Shown: positions 13,831 to 28,037, counted from the first letter of the stretch. The stretch: DNA of 64,000 nt from Camelus ferus (GCF_009834535.1 NC_045706.1:30506001-30570000); one strand, 5' to 3'. The notes: generated from the sequence alone by a model not told the origin. Numbers and translations: made by a program.

Positions 13831-14165
13831 AAAAAAAAAAAAGAACATAAATACAAAACAGAAACAGACTCATAGATGTAGAATACAAACTTGTGGTTGC
13901 CAAAAGGGAGGGGGGTGGGAAGGGACAGACTGGGAGTTCGAAATTTGTAGATTCTGACAGGCATATGTAGAACAGATAAACAAGATTATACTGTGTAGCA
14001 CAGGGATATATATACAAGATCTTGTGGTAGCTCACAGTGAAAAAGAATGTGACAGTGAATATATGTATGTTCATGAATAACTGAAAAATTGTGCTCTACA
14101 CTGGAAATTGACACAACATTGTAAAATGACTATAACTCAATTTTAAAAATGTTAAAAAAAAAAAA
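13831..14165 (+). mobile_element. 5'-truncated lineage-specific L1 (3' UTR plus poly-A)
   Basis: Closely similar to 30960-31252; ends tgttaaaaaaaaaaa; candidate TSD AAGACCATTAA 13820-13830 vs AAGACTGTAA 14164-14173. Confidence 0.9.
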
Positions 14166-17100
14166 GACTGTAATGGAAAGACAACAGTGGATGAGGACAA
14201 GACAATCTAAGGCTTGTGCCTTCATAATGTACTTGATTACCCCCAGAGGTGCAGATCTGGCCCATGGCTTGGTTTCCAGGTGTTATTGATAGAATTGAGC
14301 TCATCTTGTGCTGCTGCAAACTCTGTACCCTTAAGTATTGCACATTTTCTTGAAGATTCCTTTAAGATTCCCTTGTTTAATAGCATCTGCTGTGATATGG
14401 CTGCAGGGACATCTATCACATTTTAGACTTGGGGACAGGGAATTAGAACCTAAACTGCCGCTTCCATGTCCCATTGAGTAGTGGTGGCCCCAGTGTCACC
14501 TGAGACTTTTACTTTCCTGTTCTGTGTTCCAGGCATGTGGAACTATAAGTATCTCCATAAGCTCACCCTGTTCTCCATGCCTTCACAGTCATTGTTCCTT
14601 CAGCCCAGATGGGTCTAGAATCAGTGGGGTGGGCCTAGACATTGGGTTTTTTTTTTTTTATGCCCCAGGTTGTCCTATTCTATGGCCAGGGAAGAAGACA
14701 AATGAAACAATTGGTCTAAGCTGATCATGACCAATCACATTCTCCTTGGCCAGAGCAACAAATTAATGTACTCTTTATGATTCAAGACAGATCAGATTTT
14801 GACGAGTCCATTCTCATGACCACATTATTTCTCTGATTGTCCTAGCCTGGCTTGAGTATCTTTTCAAGGGCTCTTATAATACCTTTAACCTATTCCTGTC
14901 ATAGAACTAGTTAGTCCATGTTACATGATAGATCAGCCTGGGAGATGCTACCCCAGCGATTTGGAAGACTCTTTATTCCCAACGTGCTGTTGTAAGGCAG
15001 ATGCCTGGGCAGCCCCTTTGCTAGGGAACCATCAGGTATGTAGGACTCACAGATTTCAAGCCTGGGTCCTGGATTGGGGTCCACTATGATGAGCCACTAG
15101 GGGAAGTTGATGGCAGTATGAATGGGAAATAATACTTTGAATGCCAGGCCAAGTATGATACCTTTGTCTCCATCAGTTGTGACAGTGGAGGACTTTCCAG
15201 TGGAGGACTATGAGCTGGATGAGATGTGATGCCCAAGGAAGGGCATCCTCCTACTCCAGCTCCTGACCCTTTCACTTATTGCCCCTCCCTATGTGTGCCC
15301 ATAACCCTCTTCCCAGACCCCATTTTATTCACTTTTCCCTTGCCATTGACTTTTGAGACCTGTGCATTCACTTTGCCAGAAATCTAGGGAAATAACCTAC
15401 TCTGTCTTTAGTGATACAGTTTGCTTTCCTCATATGCCCATCTCCTTTTCTCCTCAACCTTGAGATTCTGTTCAAGTGTTACCTCCTTGAACTTGAGCTC
15501 AGAATTTTTTAAGTTCTCCAGGGAAAGGAGAGTTAAGAAAAGGGTTCTGGAAATAGTGTAAGGCTGATGCTGGACCTGCTGATCCAGGGACCAGGTACTG
15601 TGGACATGCCTTAGGGACAAGGTGGTTCCATGTGTGTGAGTGTAAACTGAAAGTTCTCTATCACGTGAGCGCTGTTAACTGGAAGCACGGGCCTGTTTGG
15701 TGCAGAGGTAGCAAGGGTGAGTGTGATCCCAGAGAAGGAGACACCATCTCCTGACGCTCCCTAAGAATCTCTTAGGACTGTCAGTGGTTGCCTGTCTTGG
15801 TACTGTAACAATATCTAAAATGAACAGAGGCTCATTCTAGACAAATGAGCTTTACTTCTTTTGCACGAATGTAAAGCAGTACAAATAGCAAATGGCAGAG
15901 CCCCTCGGTAGACTGACCAGACTTTGGGTTCCTTCTTCTGTCAGGCAATATTAACTAACAATTGACAGGGTAACCACTTTGGACTATGTTCTCCTGGCAC
16001 TCTTGCTCTTATTAACAGAACAAGTACCCTAGTAAGAGTAGGATGGACTCTCCTTATCAAAAAGGTGAAACTTCAGAATCACTGTGGTTTGAGCACTAAA
16101 ACAAATGTAGCCTTCTTTTGCACCAAAGGCAGATGAAGCAAAACATGCCAATTAAATTGATGAAACAAAGCCCCTTTAGCCTGATCTCTTATTTTCTTTC
16201 TCACATCTCCTATGTGCTGAGCTCATTCAATAAATGTAGACTGAGTGCTTGTTACGGGCCAGGCAATCTTGTCATCACTGGAATGTGGCAGGGACCAAGG
16301 CAGAGAGGTTCCTGCCCCCAAGGAGCTTCATGTCTGTAGGTGAACGTTCTTACTCCATTCTCAGAATCTCTCCTTTGTGTGTGTCTGGCTCTGTTAGAGG
16401 GATTTCACAAGAAGCTTTAACATTTCCCCTTGAACAGAGCAGCGGTCCTCAGTATGGGAAGAAAAGAATTGCTCCTTTGACACCTACCAGTGGAAGGATG
16501 GATGTCTTTGTTTCATGTGAGAAGCTGTTGGCTTCACTGATTATGTACCGTTGAGGGTAACCTTTCCGTTTTTCTTTCTTGGAAACATGTAATTTAATGT
16601 GAAGCTTCTACGGTGGACTGCAAGTACAAAGAATCCTCAAGATAATGCACTTGATTTTCCCCCTTGGAGTCAATTCCCATTTATTAAGTGTCTTCTATGC
16701 ATGCGGCATGGCACAGGGTGCTCCACATACATTATCTCATCTCGTCTCGTTTAAGCCTCCCAGTCACCTCTGATGTAGGCCTCATTAGCCAGTGTTTTCA
16801 GACAACGTAAAAGGGGAACAAGGAAACGGGAGCTCAGAGCTCTGAAAAGTGCTTGTTCACTTCCAGGGGATGAATACGCTTACTTGTCTAGCTTCTTGTT
16901 AGATGGGTTTCAGTAAACATTTTTAATATTAATACATGCCTCACATTTGCATAGTCCTTTCAACTTTTTGAAGCACTGTCACCTCTTTCATGTCTCATCT
17001 GATGCTCCTGCTGGCCCTGTGCTGACGACAGTTGAGAACTATTTAATGGCATCTTTTTTTTTGAGCGTAAATCTCTGCCTAGGAACTTGCTTTGGTTGCC

Positions 17101-18513
17101 ATAGCTAAGGTTCAGGATGAAGCCAATAGAAACCTTGCTTCCAGAAATCGAATCCGCATCTTCATTTGCAGAGTCTCCCTGGGAGGCTGTAGTCGGCTGC
17201 TCAGTACAAGCAGCGCCCATCAGTACTCTCCTACCAGAACCGATTGCCACGATTGCCTCTGTCCCCCATGTTCCCTAAAATGCGAAATGTTAGAGATTTA
17301 AGTGCCCTTACTACCCTGTCCTTGTCTGGATCTTTCTGCCACTCAGTTTGCCCCAATTAATGATAGCCAAAGGGGGAAAAAAGGAAAAGAAAAAGAAGGA
17401 AAAAGAGAGGTTTGTGCGCTGGTGCAATGAGGTGCATTTATTCTCCAAAACCCCGGAAATTAGCCTAAATGAAGCAGGGAGGGAGTGACAACACATGAAG
17501 CATAAAGCAGGTGCTTACTTAATTGCTGCAGCTGGTGCCAAGTGTTTGGCATAATTTTTCTCTTTTCCGATTATTGGCCCTTGTGCTTATTTAACTTTTT
17601 AGCTGAAGCATCTGAGAAGAGTCTAGGAACTGCTCTACCCCTCTTACTTTTACAGGAAAGCAAGCAGGCAGTTTTCTTACAAATATTGTAAGGAAACACA
17701 ATCCTGAGGATTTTTTTTTTTTTTTTGCCTCAAACGACTCATTGATTATGGAAAGGGAAATTGGCTTACAGGCAATCTGACATTTTATTTGATTCTGCCA
17801 ACCTTGCCATGGGTTGAATTTTTAGTTTGTCTCCCAAGACTTGATTCAGCTGTTCAGGCTCATATGTGTGATCTGGATTTCAGAATTGTCGGTCTGAGCC
17901 CCTAGCGTCCTCAGGTCTTTTCTTTTAAAAAGCAGGTTGTTAAATTCACCAGCTGATGTGGCACTTTCACGTTGCTGCTTGACTTTTCTCCTTTAAGTGG
18001 TGAAGGGAAACGCTGAAGAAATATCAGGTGCAAGTTCTTTGATGCGCTGTCATTCCACAGATATTTTATGAAGAGTGAACACTGTGCAAAAACCTTATGT
18101 AGAACAAACAACTGTGCCAAAAACAATACCAGGAACCGTGAGGCACGCACAGATAAATGAAACAAGGTTTGGTCCCTTTCAGCAGGTTTGATCTCAGAGG
18201 AGACTGAGGCAAGAATGAGGAGCAATGTAACTCAGTTCTGAGGGAAGGAACACGGTAAAGAAAAGCCTGCGTAGAACAATCACTTCTGGCAGATACGGCA
18301 TCAGAGGAAAAGTTCTTCAGTCCTCCCCTTAAGGTAACTCACTTAGAGGATGCCGTTTTTAAGGCAATACTTGAATTTCTATGCATCTACTGTAACTTTA
18401 TCTCCTTCTAATGGCTCTAATCTGTGTGTGAATATATACCTAGTACAGTTATGTATATATTTATATATGCAAATATGTATGTGTACAGAAAAATATATAT
18501 ATAGCTCAATTTT

Positions 18514-18665
18514 TTTAATAAATTCTTTTTTTAAAGTTTTTTTTTTTTTTTTGGTGGGGGGAGATAATTAAGTTTATTTATTTTTTAGTAGAGGTACTGG
18601 GGATTGAACCCAGGACCTTGTGCATGCTAAATGTTGTACTCTACCACTGAGCTATACCCTCCTCC
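18514..18665 (-). mobile_element. tRNA-derived SINE (camelid vic-1-like), second copy
   Basis: gaggtactggggattgaacccaggaccttgtgcatgc...ctctaccactgagctataccctcc; TSD core TAGCTCAATTTT at 18502-18513 and 18672-18683. Confidence 0.85.
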
Positions 18666-20599
18666 ACAATGTAGCTCAATTTTGAACTGAAAAAAAAAAA
18701 AATTTTTTTTTTATTTTGGAACTTTGTTTGCGGTTGCCTATCAGGGAGGGGAAGGAGAGATGAGAGAAGGGCGATAGTTCAGAGGGGGCATTAGGAGACC
18801 TGGGTTCTGGTCTTGGGTGACCCCCAAAGCTCCCCTCGGTCTGAACGGTCTGCATGTGATGCCTCCTGTCTTGTGCTGAATGTTTGCAGCGGCTGTCCCA
18901 CAGGAGCCAAGGACTCTGGAGGCTTGTGGTCATATCAGAGCTGCCAGAAGTGGGACAGACAGAGTGATATTTGGGTGAGACACTTTCAGCCCCTCTGCCT
19001 TCTCAGCTTCTTATTTAAATGCTGCATCACGTGTAGAAAGTCATAAATTCAGAGCCACTCATGGCTTACAGTGGGCCTGACTCCTTTTAGTTCCCAGTAG
19101 CACTGGATCTGAAAACTGTAGAGCCTGGCCTTGCAAAAACATGCCTAAAAGACCGACAAGCTGAGCTGAGTTGTGTCCACAAACGAGCCTTGAAGGCGAT
19201 GAAGTGAGTTCTGAGGAACAGACAGAAGGAAATTGGGGAACGTGTGGCGTGAGGGATGCCATGTCTGTCCATGGTTCTTTCCTGTCTAACTTCACAGCCA
19301 GTAATCGGGCCCAGGCCCTAATCAGCCACATGCCCAGAGGTTGCTGCTGGTCCCCCAACAGTCCCCTCCCTTCCCACTCTCCCAGTTCACACATCATCAT
19401 CCTTCTTCAAACACTCCATCACCACGGTGCTTCCCTGGGTAGTGATTTATCATGGGTCCGTTACCTGTCACATCTCATCACAACTCGTCAGCCCAGGATT
19501 TGGGGGTCCTTCATCCAGAAGCACAGTGTTGAAACAGGAGATCTCACTTCAGCCTTGGCCTTTGCAGCGTTAAAGCTGTGTGGCTCTGGGCAAGTTGTTA
19601 AACTTCTCTTGCCTTCATTTTCCTTATGCATAAAATGACTGGGGACTGAGGTCTCCAAGTGTAAATGATTTCTTGGAACTGCTGATCCAACGTGGCCACC
19701 CTGGCTTCACATTGTCTAGGACTGCCCAGATTCATATATGCTGGCCCACAATCCCAGTGGCACCTATAAATTTAGCAGGCCTTGGGTCCCACATTTGGTT
19801 TTGGAAATGTCACTGTGCCAGCTTTCCAAGGCCATCTTCTGCTATTCTCCATAGTGTTCCTTTGCTCCAGACAAGTCTGTGGTCTCAAGGGCTCTGAACA
19901 AACCTAAATGCTTCCATACTGTCTGCTCTGGCTCTGAGCCACTGCCAGCAAGCAGTTCCTGGTCCCCTATGCTACCCTGCAGCTGCCAACTCCCAGATTA
20001 AAGCCTATCTAATCCAGAAGCCCTCACTGGGTACCTCCACCCAACAATGGCCATGCCTTTCCATGGTGGCAAATTCAATAGTCATATCCCTGGTCTCAGC
20101 AGCCTTTGGCAATCTGTGTATTTAAAATTTCCAATCATTCCCCCATGAGTGTTTTTTTTAAAAAACAACTGTCGTTGTGCAATAATTCAGCATTGTTCAT
20201 TCTCTTTGTCTCATAGTCTTCATGCGGTAATGAATGCCTTGGGACTGCTAACTCTTCCCCTGTTAATGTTGGGCAATTAAGTGTTTAGTTTTTCAATATT
20301 ATAAATATCTCAGTACATGTAGCTTTTTGAATATTTGGCATTATTTTCCTAGTCGACTGAGGTGTTTTGTTACAGTAAGACGTAAACTTTCTTGCAGCAT
20401 CTCGTAGTTTGGCAATCCTTGCTGGTATCTCTGGCTGACTCTTGTGCATCCACCTTAAACAGGTGTCCCAGACCTCCTTCTCTGTGCCTTCAGCCTCCAC
20501 TTAACTCCCCCTGCCACCCCAACACTCAGCAGATGGCCTTGTCTAAGGCACTACATAGCTTTGTCTCAAGGATCCCTGCCTCTTCAACTACCCCCTAAT

Positions 20600-20765
20600 T
20601 CAGTGGTTCACAAACTTCAGGTGCATTGGCATCACCTGGAGGGTTTATTAAAACACAGGTTGCTGCCCAACTCCTGGAGTTTCTGACACAGCTGGTCTGG
20701 GGTGGAGCGGGAAAGTTGCATTTCTAAAAAGCTCCTGGTGGTACTGATGCTGCTGGGCCAGGCTC
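20600..20765. mobile_element. MER5A-like DNA transposon
   Basis: cagtggttcacaaacttcaggtgcattggcatcacctggagggtttattaaaacacag. Confidence 0.75.
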
Positions 20766-21224
20766 CAGCCATGCTTGATGAACTTCTGCTCTGTTTCCTC
20801 TGATCTTAGCAGAAATGATTTAGCTTCTCTAACGTGAATCCACCAGACTCCCTGTCCACTGAGCCTCCTCCCCATCTTCCCAGGAGTGAGCTCCTACTCC
20901 TAATCTGTTTTCTTCCAGTGCTTTCAATATCTGCACCACTGAGACTTCCCTTACTCTATCCTTCAAGCCACCTCCCATCACTGCTATTTTAGTAATAACC
21001 TTTCTCCTACTAACATCACCCAATTCTAACTACCAACACCAATATCTTTACTCCTGCTGCAAATTTTTCTGAACTTGAACTTCTTCTTCACTGGCTGCTT
21101 CTAGTCCTTATCCATGTATTTCCTTTATAATTACTAGAAATTTCCCAAGCTGCTCTGCTGAAACTATCTGGAAATTTTAAAATTACCCTTCTTCCCAAAT
21201 CCAGTGGCCTTTCTCTATTATGTA

Positions 21225-21645
21225 ATAATAGCAGTTAACATTCATTGACTTCTGTGTTCCAGGCGTTGTGCTAAGCACTGCATATATAGTTTATATGTAT
21301 AAATATAATCTCATATGAAGAGTATCCTTATATCAATCCTATATAGAAGGTATTATTTTACAAATGGAAAAAAATCTAGGGCTCACAGAGGATAGATAAT
21401 TTGCCCAACAGCTTAAATGAAGGAACCAGAATTAGACCTGGCTCTAATTCCACATCCCACGTGTTTAAACATGACTCTGGAACGCACATCAGATTCCCTG
21501 AGCTCCTATTAAAATGCCAATTCCTGGCTCCAGCGCCAGTGGTTCCAAAGCAGGTGTGGCTGAGTCCTAGGACCTGAATTCTCAATAATCCCCTGCGTGG
21601 TTCCGAGATGGGTGTTCCCAGAGGCATGCAAATTTTGGGAAACAG
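21225..21645. mobile_element. MIR fragment followed by MER5-like remnant
   Basis: ccaggcgttgtgctaagcact...ggctcacagaggatagataatttgccca; catcagattccctgag...ttttgggaaaca. Confidence 0.55.
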
Positions 21646-22499
21646 TGCCCCTGTATTGACATAATTGGCCACTTCCTTTTCTTAAACACGTCCCTCGGTT
21701 GCTATGATACCACCACATCCCGCCCCCCTCCGCCCCACCTGCTCTGTGGGCTCTCTGAGTCTGCTGTTCTCCATCTCCTTCTTCCTCTCCTGCCCTTTTC
21801 AATGCCCCGACTCTGCCCTCCGCCTTCTCCTACCTCTCCTGCTGTCTCCACGAGCCCATCCACTTGTCTCACTCCAACTCGAGCAGATGGTTCCCAACCT
21901 TGCCCTTCTGTGCCAGCATCCTGGTGAGAGTCATGGAGCAGCGTGACATGATTTTGGAAGTGATGAACTATGGCCCAGACCCTGGACAAAAAGGTGAAGC
22001 AGGTGACAATGATTATGGTGCCCCATGGCCCCACACCACCCTTGGCCCTTCTTCCTGCCAGAAGATCCCTGTGCTTTGCAGCTTTCTCATCAGATCAGTT
22101 CAGCAAAAGAGCTGATTATTTTACACAGTCCCACTAATGTGCTAATTCTCCCACTCATTTGCATTTTTAAAGCCTTTTCTCTCTTTTTGTGGGTTCAGCT
22201 ATTGTTTACATGTTGAAGACATTTCAGGCTTCACTTAGCAGATGGGGGCGATTTATAGGGAAACTGGGACTGAAGAGGAAGGAGAGTGAGTTGATTTGGG
22301 AGGGACCCTTCTCTTCCCCTCTGAATTTTTTGAACCTTAAAGTCTAAGTCAGCCAGAAACACTGCTGGGAGGGGCTTTCCTGCCTCCTGCACACCTGGGC
22401 AGAGATACACGGTAACTGCTGCTGCTGCAGGCCTGTCCCTGGAAGAGCAGAGGGTGACAACAGACTGCAGAGGTGACCACTCAGCTGGCTTTCTGCCAC

Positions 22500-22800
22500 G
22501 CTCCACACTCGGAACGGTTGGCTTCTCTTCATCTTCTGAGTCTCAGCTTAATAAATGTTCTCTTTGGAGAAACCAGTTCTGACCACCCTGCTTACGTAGG
22601 CCCCTCTTGGTGATTCTCTGTGTTGGCAGCTGTTTTCCTTCATTGCATTTATCACAGGTTGTAACTATTTCATTTGTTTATTTATTTGTTCTTCCTGTCC
22701 CCATTTGGACAGGAAAGCTCGAGAAGACAGAGACCAGTCGGCCTTGTTCCCCACTGTGCTCGTAACAGCTCAGGGTAAATATTCAGTATTTGTAGCAGGA
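22500..22800 (+). mobile_element. L2 LINE 3' fragment
   Basis: tctcagctt...ttctgaccaccct...cattgcatttatcac...cttgttccccactgtg. Confidence 0.55.
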
Positions 22801-23382
22801 ATGGCTGCATAGATACACCTCCACTGCCTGGCACTTAATGAACAGTCTTTGAACTGAGCTAACTGCCTCCAGTAGCTATCCCGGTGCTGAAAGACTCAAG
22901 GCAATTGGAGAGCAGCTGGTTTACCTCACTGCTGGGATCGTGGTGGGGGTGCCCTCGGGGGTGGCATCAGGAAAAATTATGACAGACTGTGAAATAGGCA
23001 AAATGGATTACTGGGTGTCCTGTCTAGCACCCAGTCGAGTTATGAGACTTCTATTGTCTTTGAGCTATTTTACAACTTTTTAAGTTGTATAAAACTGAGA
23101 GTAATATGAATGATTCTTGTCAATAGAGATGCAAATGAATTTTGTCTTGTGGAGGTGCCATTGATTATTGCCCTGTGGATATTACACAGTTTTTCATCTG
23201 TTTGTAAATTCATTTTAACCTTCCTGATTGCCTGTATATGTGTGTTCTTCGAAGTCTCCTTTCAACTGGGGGTAATAACTTGCTGATTGCTTCATAAGTT
23301 AGTTGAGCAGTCTCTGATATGTGTTAATTTTATGTTTGTCCCAGAGTCACGGTTTTAGCCTTTTAAAAAATTATCTTTTTAA

Positions 23383-23930
23383 ATTGGACTTCATCAAAAT
23401 CAAGAACTTTTGTGCATGAAAGAACACTATCAACCTGTATAATAGTAATATACTATTACTTTCTGGGTATAATAGAAAGTATTTGCAAGCTGTATATCTG
23501 ATAAGAGATGAATATCTAGAATCTAAAAAGAACTAAAACTCAACAACAGCAAAACAAAGAACTCAGTCTGAAAATAGGCAAAGGGCTTGAACAGACCAAA
23601 GAAGATATAAAATGGTCAATAAGGACATAAAAAGATGCTCAATATTGTGACTCATGAGGAAAACCAGATCAAAACCACCACGAGATACCACTTCACACCT
23701 ACTAGAATGGTTATTTTTTAAAAAGAGAGGGAAAAAACTTACGTATCAAAAGAATTGAAAGCAGGGACTTGAACAGATATCTGTACACCAGTGTTCATAG
23801 CATTGTTATTCACAATAGCCTGAAGGCAGAAACAACTCAAGTGTCTGTCAACAGATGAATGGAGAAACAGAATGTGATAGAACTAGATAGCTGGATAGAT
23901 ACAATGTCCATTACTCAGCCACTGAAAGGA
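23383..23930 (+). mobile_element. Old L1M ORF2 3' region, degraded
   Basis: ttggacttcatcaaaatcaagaacttttgtgc...gagataccacttcacacctactagaatgg...aactcaagtgtctgtcaacagatgaatgg. Confidence 0.8.
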
Positions 23931-24289
23931 TAGAAACCGGGGCACATCAGCATGTAGATGGTCCTCTGAGCCATGAGAATGGCTGATAGTGTCGGGAGAG
24001 AAGAACTCCCAGCTCCAGCCCTGCAGAACCTCAGAGCCGAGAAGTCATACACTGAGGAAGAGGGAAAACGCTGAGTGTGGTGTCGTGGAAGCTAAGATGG
24101 AGCAGTGACCTTACTCTTGACATCCCGCAGCTCACCCTCCAGTGACTTGGGGTCACTTCAGCGGCTGCTTAATTCTGGTCCTGGGAGAGGGCCTTACCCG
24201 CTAGGTTAACACTTCTGTTCATAAACAGAACCTTTTCAAAAACACACTTTATTGTCAGAAAATGTGCGGAAGAGTATAGGATGCATAAG

Positions 24290-24930
24290 GATCTGGTCAA
24301 ATGAAAAACAAATCAGGACTAATCTGGGAGAGATTTTTATTCCAAAAAATGATTGCAAGGGGGAAAGGAGCTATTGTGATAGGGGAGGAGTAGGATTGCA
24401 ATAGGGAGAAACTGCAGGGGTCTCAAGGGTCAGGCAAACATAGGCTTTTTTGTTTGTTTGTTTTTGTTTTAATAAAGAGGCATGAACAGAGCTAGAAAGA
24501 ACCAAATGTGGAAGATTGGAATGAAAGAGCGGCATGATCAGACAGTAGATCAGAGAATATTTTATGTTGAAGTCAGTCTGTTCTTTGGAGGGGCTGTATG
24601 CTGGCTCTGGCTGAGGGTGGGCCAAAGGTCAGGGGCTGGGAGAAAGGGAAGAAGCTTAACCAAAGTTTGCTGAGCAAGCATTTTGCTCCAATTGATCGGT
24701 GGGGACGAGCAGTTCAGCTCATCATTGATGAGGCAAAGAATGGGTATTTGAGGATCTTTGTGTAGATTTGTCATAGGATGAAGAGGGATGTCTGAGGCTT
24801 ATCAAGGTCATATGGGAAAGAGTGGGTCTTTGCAGTAAGCTGTTTTCCAGATCACAAAAAGTGCTGAATTCCTTTAATTGGCACTGTCTTCCAGGAGCAA
24901 AGGGTTCAGGTAAAATTTGGCATTGTCAGT
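24290..24930 (-). mobile_element. Probable ERV1 (MER31/MER67-like) solo LTR
   Basis: gttgaagtcagtctgttctttggaggg...gaagcttaaccaaagtt...ends tttggcattgtca. Confidence 0.5.
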
Positions 24931-25619
24931 GTGCTCTGGGATGTGAGTTCCATGCTTTCAGTCTGGGTGACACCCTGGACTTCTCAGTCAGCATAGATAT
25001 TTCTGCCTAGGTACTTACAGACCACCCCTTGCTGTGGCCAGGCTGTGACCCACCCTTTACCCTTAGCCCCCTTTCCTAAATGTTTATTTAAGGGTTTTGA
25101 TTCCTTCTTTGAAGGAGTCTTCATGCCTGACTTACCAGGAGCCTCTTTTATTCCCAAGAGATGCATGCAAGACAGCCTCATAACCTCTGCTTCCAAACTA
25201 CCACCTCTGAAGTACAGTCCTGAGGTCAGTGGATTACCCCTTGGAAATCTGCATCCTGAAGGCTGAATTCAGCTCACGGAAGTATTTTGGTCCTAGTGCT
25301 GTTTTTGCTTTGATTTTTAAACTTGAATCAGATGCCAATATTAAAAATCAGAATATTGACTAGAAATCCAGATCGCCAGCTTTTCTAGAAAATTAGATTG
25401 CTCTAGCAATTCTGGCCTACATTTCTATTGTATGGCTCCTACGCTGTTTAACAGAATTCCTGACAATAAAGTATGTCATTGAAAAAGTTCTGTTCATGGA
25501 TCCCAGGATCACTTTGGGTGCTGTTGCTTTTATACAGCTGAGGTAAAGTGAGGCATGACCCCTCCATCCCTGTTTACTACTCTTCCTCTGAACCTATTCA
25601 GTCATGTCTGGGATCTCTG

Positions 25620-26022
25620 TGCATTCAAGAATTTCCATTGCCTATAACCAGTTATCACCTTCAGTACCAGGACAACCAGTCAAAGAGGTTTTACTTTCAG
25701 AGAATATGTTAATTAAGGCATCATTTAGGAAAATTGCTTACTATTTACATCTAATTGCCTGACCACATAATAAGGATGACATGGATCCTTAAATATGCAA
25801 CAGACCTACTTCACTGGACATTTCACTTGACTATACAGCACGCTCTCTACACAGCCCACTTGTGTTCACAAATTGGGAAATCATGTGATATGCACTCTTC
25901 TGAAACCCCTGTACATATATAATTAAATTTGACTGTCTCTTGGTAGTCTGTCTCATGTCAATTTAATTCTTAGACCAGCGAGAAAACCTAAAAAGGTAGA
26001 GGAAAGTTTTCTTTCCTGGCCA
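25620..26022 (+). mobile_element. ERV1-like LTR 3' part
   Basis: aattaaatttgactg...tctgtctcatgtcaatttaattcttagaccagc...ggtagaggaaagttttctttcc. Confidence 0.55.
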
Positions 26023-26904
26023 CGCCTTGATGAGGGAGAAGGGGGAGACTATATCTTTTCCATAATTATAGGGAAAGGCCTTGAGGGAGGATCCAGAGAT
26101 ACAGCACGCATCAGCCTTCATTATTGTAATGAGTCTCCACTTTGCACGGTCCTGAGTGAGGCATGAAATCTTTATATCACAGATATTATATGACAAAAAA
26201 TAAGCGCATCAGTTTTCCGGTGACATTTAGTGTTCCTGGTTTCTGCTTCTCATCTCATTTGACCTGGTGTCTCCCTATCTCTTAATCACAAGGCTCCTTA
26301 CCCACCACTGCCTGAGAGAGGGGGTTTCTAGACATCCTGTCTCTGTTCTTGCCTCCTGGGAGCAGGCCTAAAAATGACAATCAATTCATTTGGCTAATTG
26401 GTATATTGCTGTCTCTCCACTTTGCTTCCCAGTGTCCATCCAGCCACAGTATTCGTGCTCTGGCAGCCTCCTCCAGGCATTTACACAAGCAAGGGCCTGA
26501 CCTCTGACCAGATTGCAAAAGATAACTATTGGATTGAGCCTCTGTTCATGGCCTGAGCTGGACTATGGAGGTTGTGGAGCTGCCTTCTGCCAGATCCCGG
26601 CTTATAAATGTACGGGAAGTATAGGCTGACCGTGCCAAGTGTTCAAGGCCTGGGTGTTTTCGGTCCTTTGGGTGCTGACTAGAGCCTTTCTCAGCACTTA
26701 CAGATCCCTCTGTCTGCCTCCGTCTCAGTGCCTACAGGAAATTTGCCTTTGACAACCTAAGCATTTATATGGCATGAATTCTGAAACCCCAGGAAATCCC
26801 ACCTATCAACTCCCCAACCTCTTCTGCCACACCTGACATCACTTGAATCGCCAGCACTTCCACTTACCAGTTAAAGTTTTAAAAACCTCTAGGGACAGTT
26901 AAAT

Positions 26905-28037
26905 TTTTTAAAGGTAAATTTTTAATTGAAGTATAGCATACATACATAAAAGGGCACAAATCATAGTGGAAATAAAACCACTCACGTAGTGAATGCCAGG
27001 ATCAAGAAGCAGAGTATCACCATTTTCCCAGAAGCCCCCACCAACCACTGCCATGCGCCCCCTTCTAGGTGCCTCCCTTACACCTACCAGGGAAATCACT
27101 ATCCTGACTTTTGTCCTTTTTTGCTTTTGTCTGTTATATGAATGGGATTGTTTCATGTGTATTCTTTTGCATAACAATGCTTCTTTTGTTCAGCAATGTA
27201 TTTATGAGATTCATCTATGCTGCTGCATATAGTTGTGGCTTGTTTGTTTTTATTGCTGTGTAGTATTCCATTGTGTGAATAAACCACAATTTACTTAACT
27301 ATTCTAATGCTGATGAACATTTGGGTTGCTTCCAGTTTTGACTTATAAATAGTGCTACTATTTATAACTAGTGCCTTCTAATTCAGGTCTTTTGACGAAC
27401 ATATGTACACCTTTCTATTGAAGATACACTAAGGAGCAGAATATATGAGACGTAGAATATATCTGTTCAGTGTTAGCTAGGTACTATCAAACATCTTTTC
27501 CGAGGTGATGGTACTGAAATACACTCCAACAAGCAGCATATAAAAGAATCATACCACCTCTCCATCAGCAATAGATCTGTCTTCTCCATTCAGCGATTCT
27601 GGTAGGTGTGTAATGGTGTGTATTGTGTTCTTAATTTCCATTTCTCTGATAAATAGTGAAGTGAGCACTTGTTTTATGTGCATTAGCCATTTAGGCATCT
27701 TTTTTGTGGATTGTCTGTTCAAGTCTTTGGCTAAACTTTTTATTGGGTTTCTTCCTTTTACTTAATTTTTAAAATCTTTGTATTGTCTGACAATTTGTTG
27801 ATTATGTCTACTGCAATATTTTCTCCCCCTTTGTGATTTAACTTTTCATTTTTTACCAAAGTCTTTTAAATGAACAGAAGTCTTTTTACTTTTTTCCTTT
27901 ATGGGTAGCTCTTTGTGTGTTCTGTCTAAGAACATTTCTCCTGCCCTAAGGAAGGTATCATGGAATACCACAAAGAAATTTTCCTCTGTTTTCTTTGGAA
28001 CTGACTTTTTGTATATGGTGTGAATCAAGGTAGGAAT

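Noticed and set aside
21864..22115. 83-aa ORF with GDNDYG resembling an RCC1-repeat motif
   Set aside because: Isolated short match, non-ATG start, no supporting exon structure.
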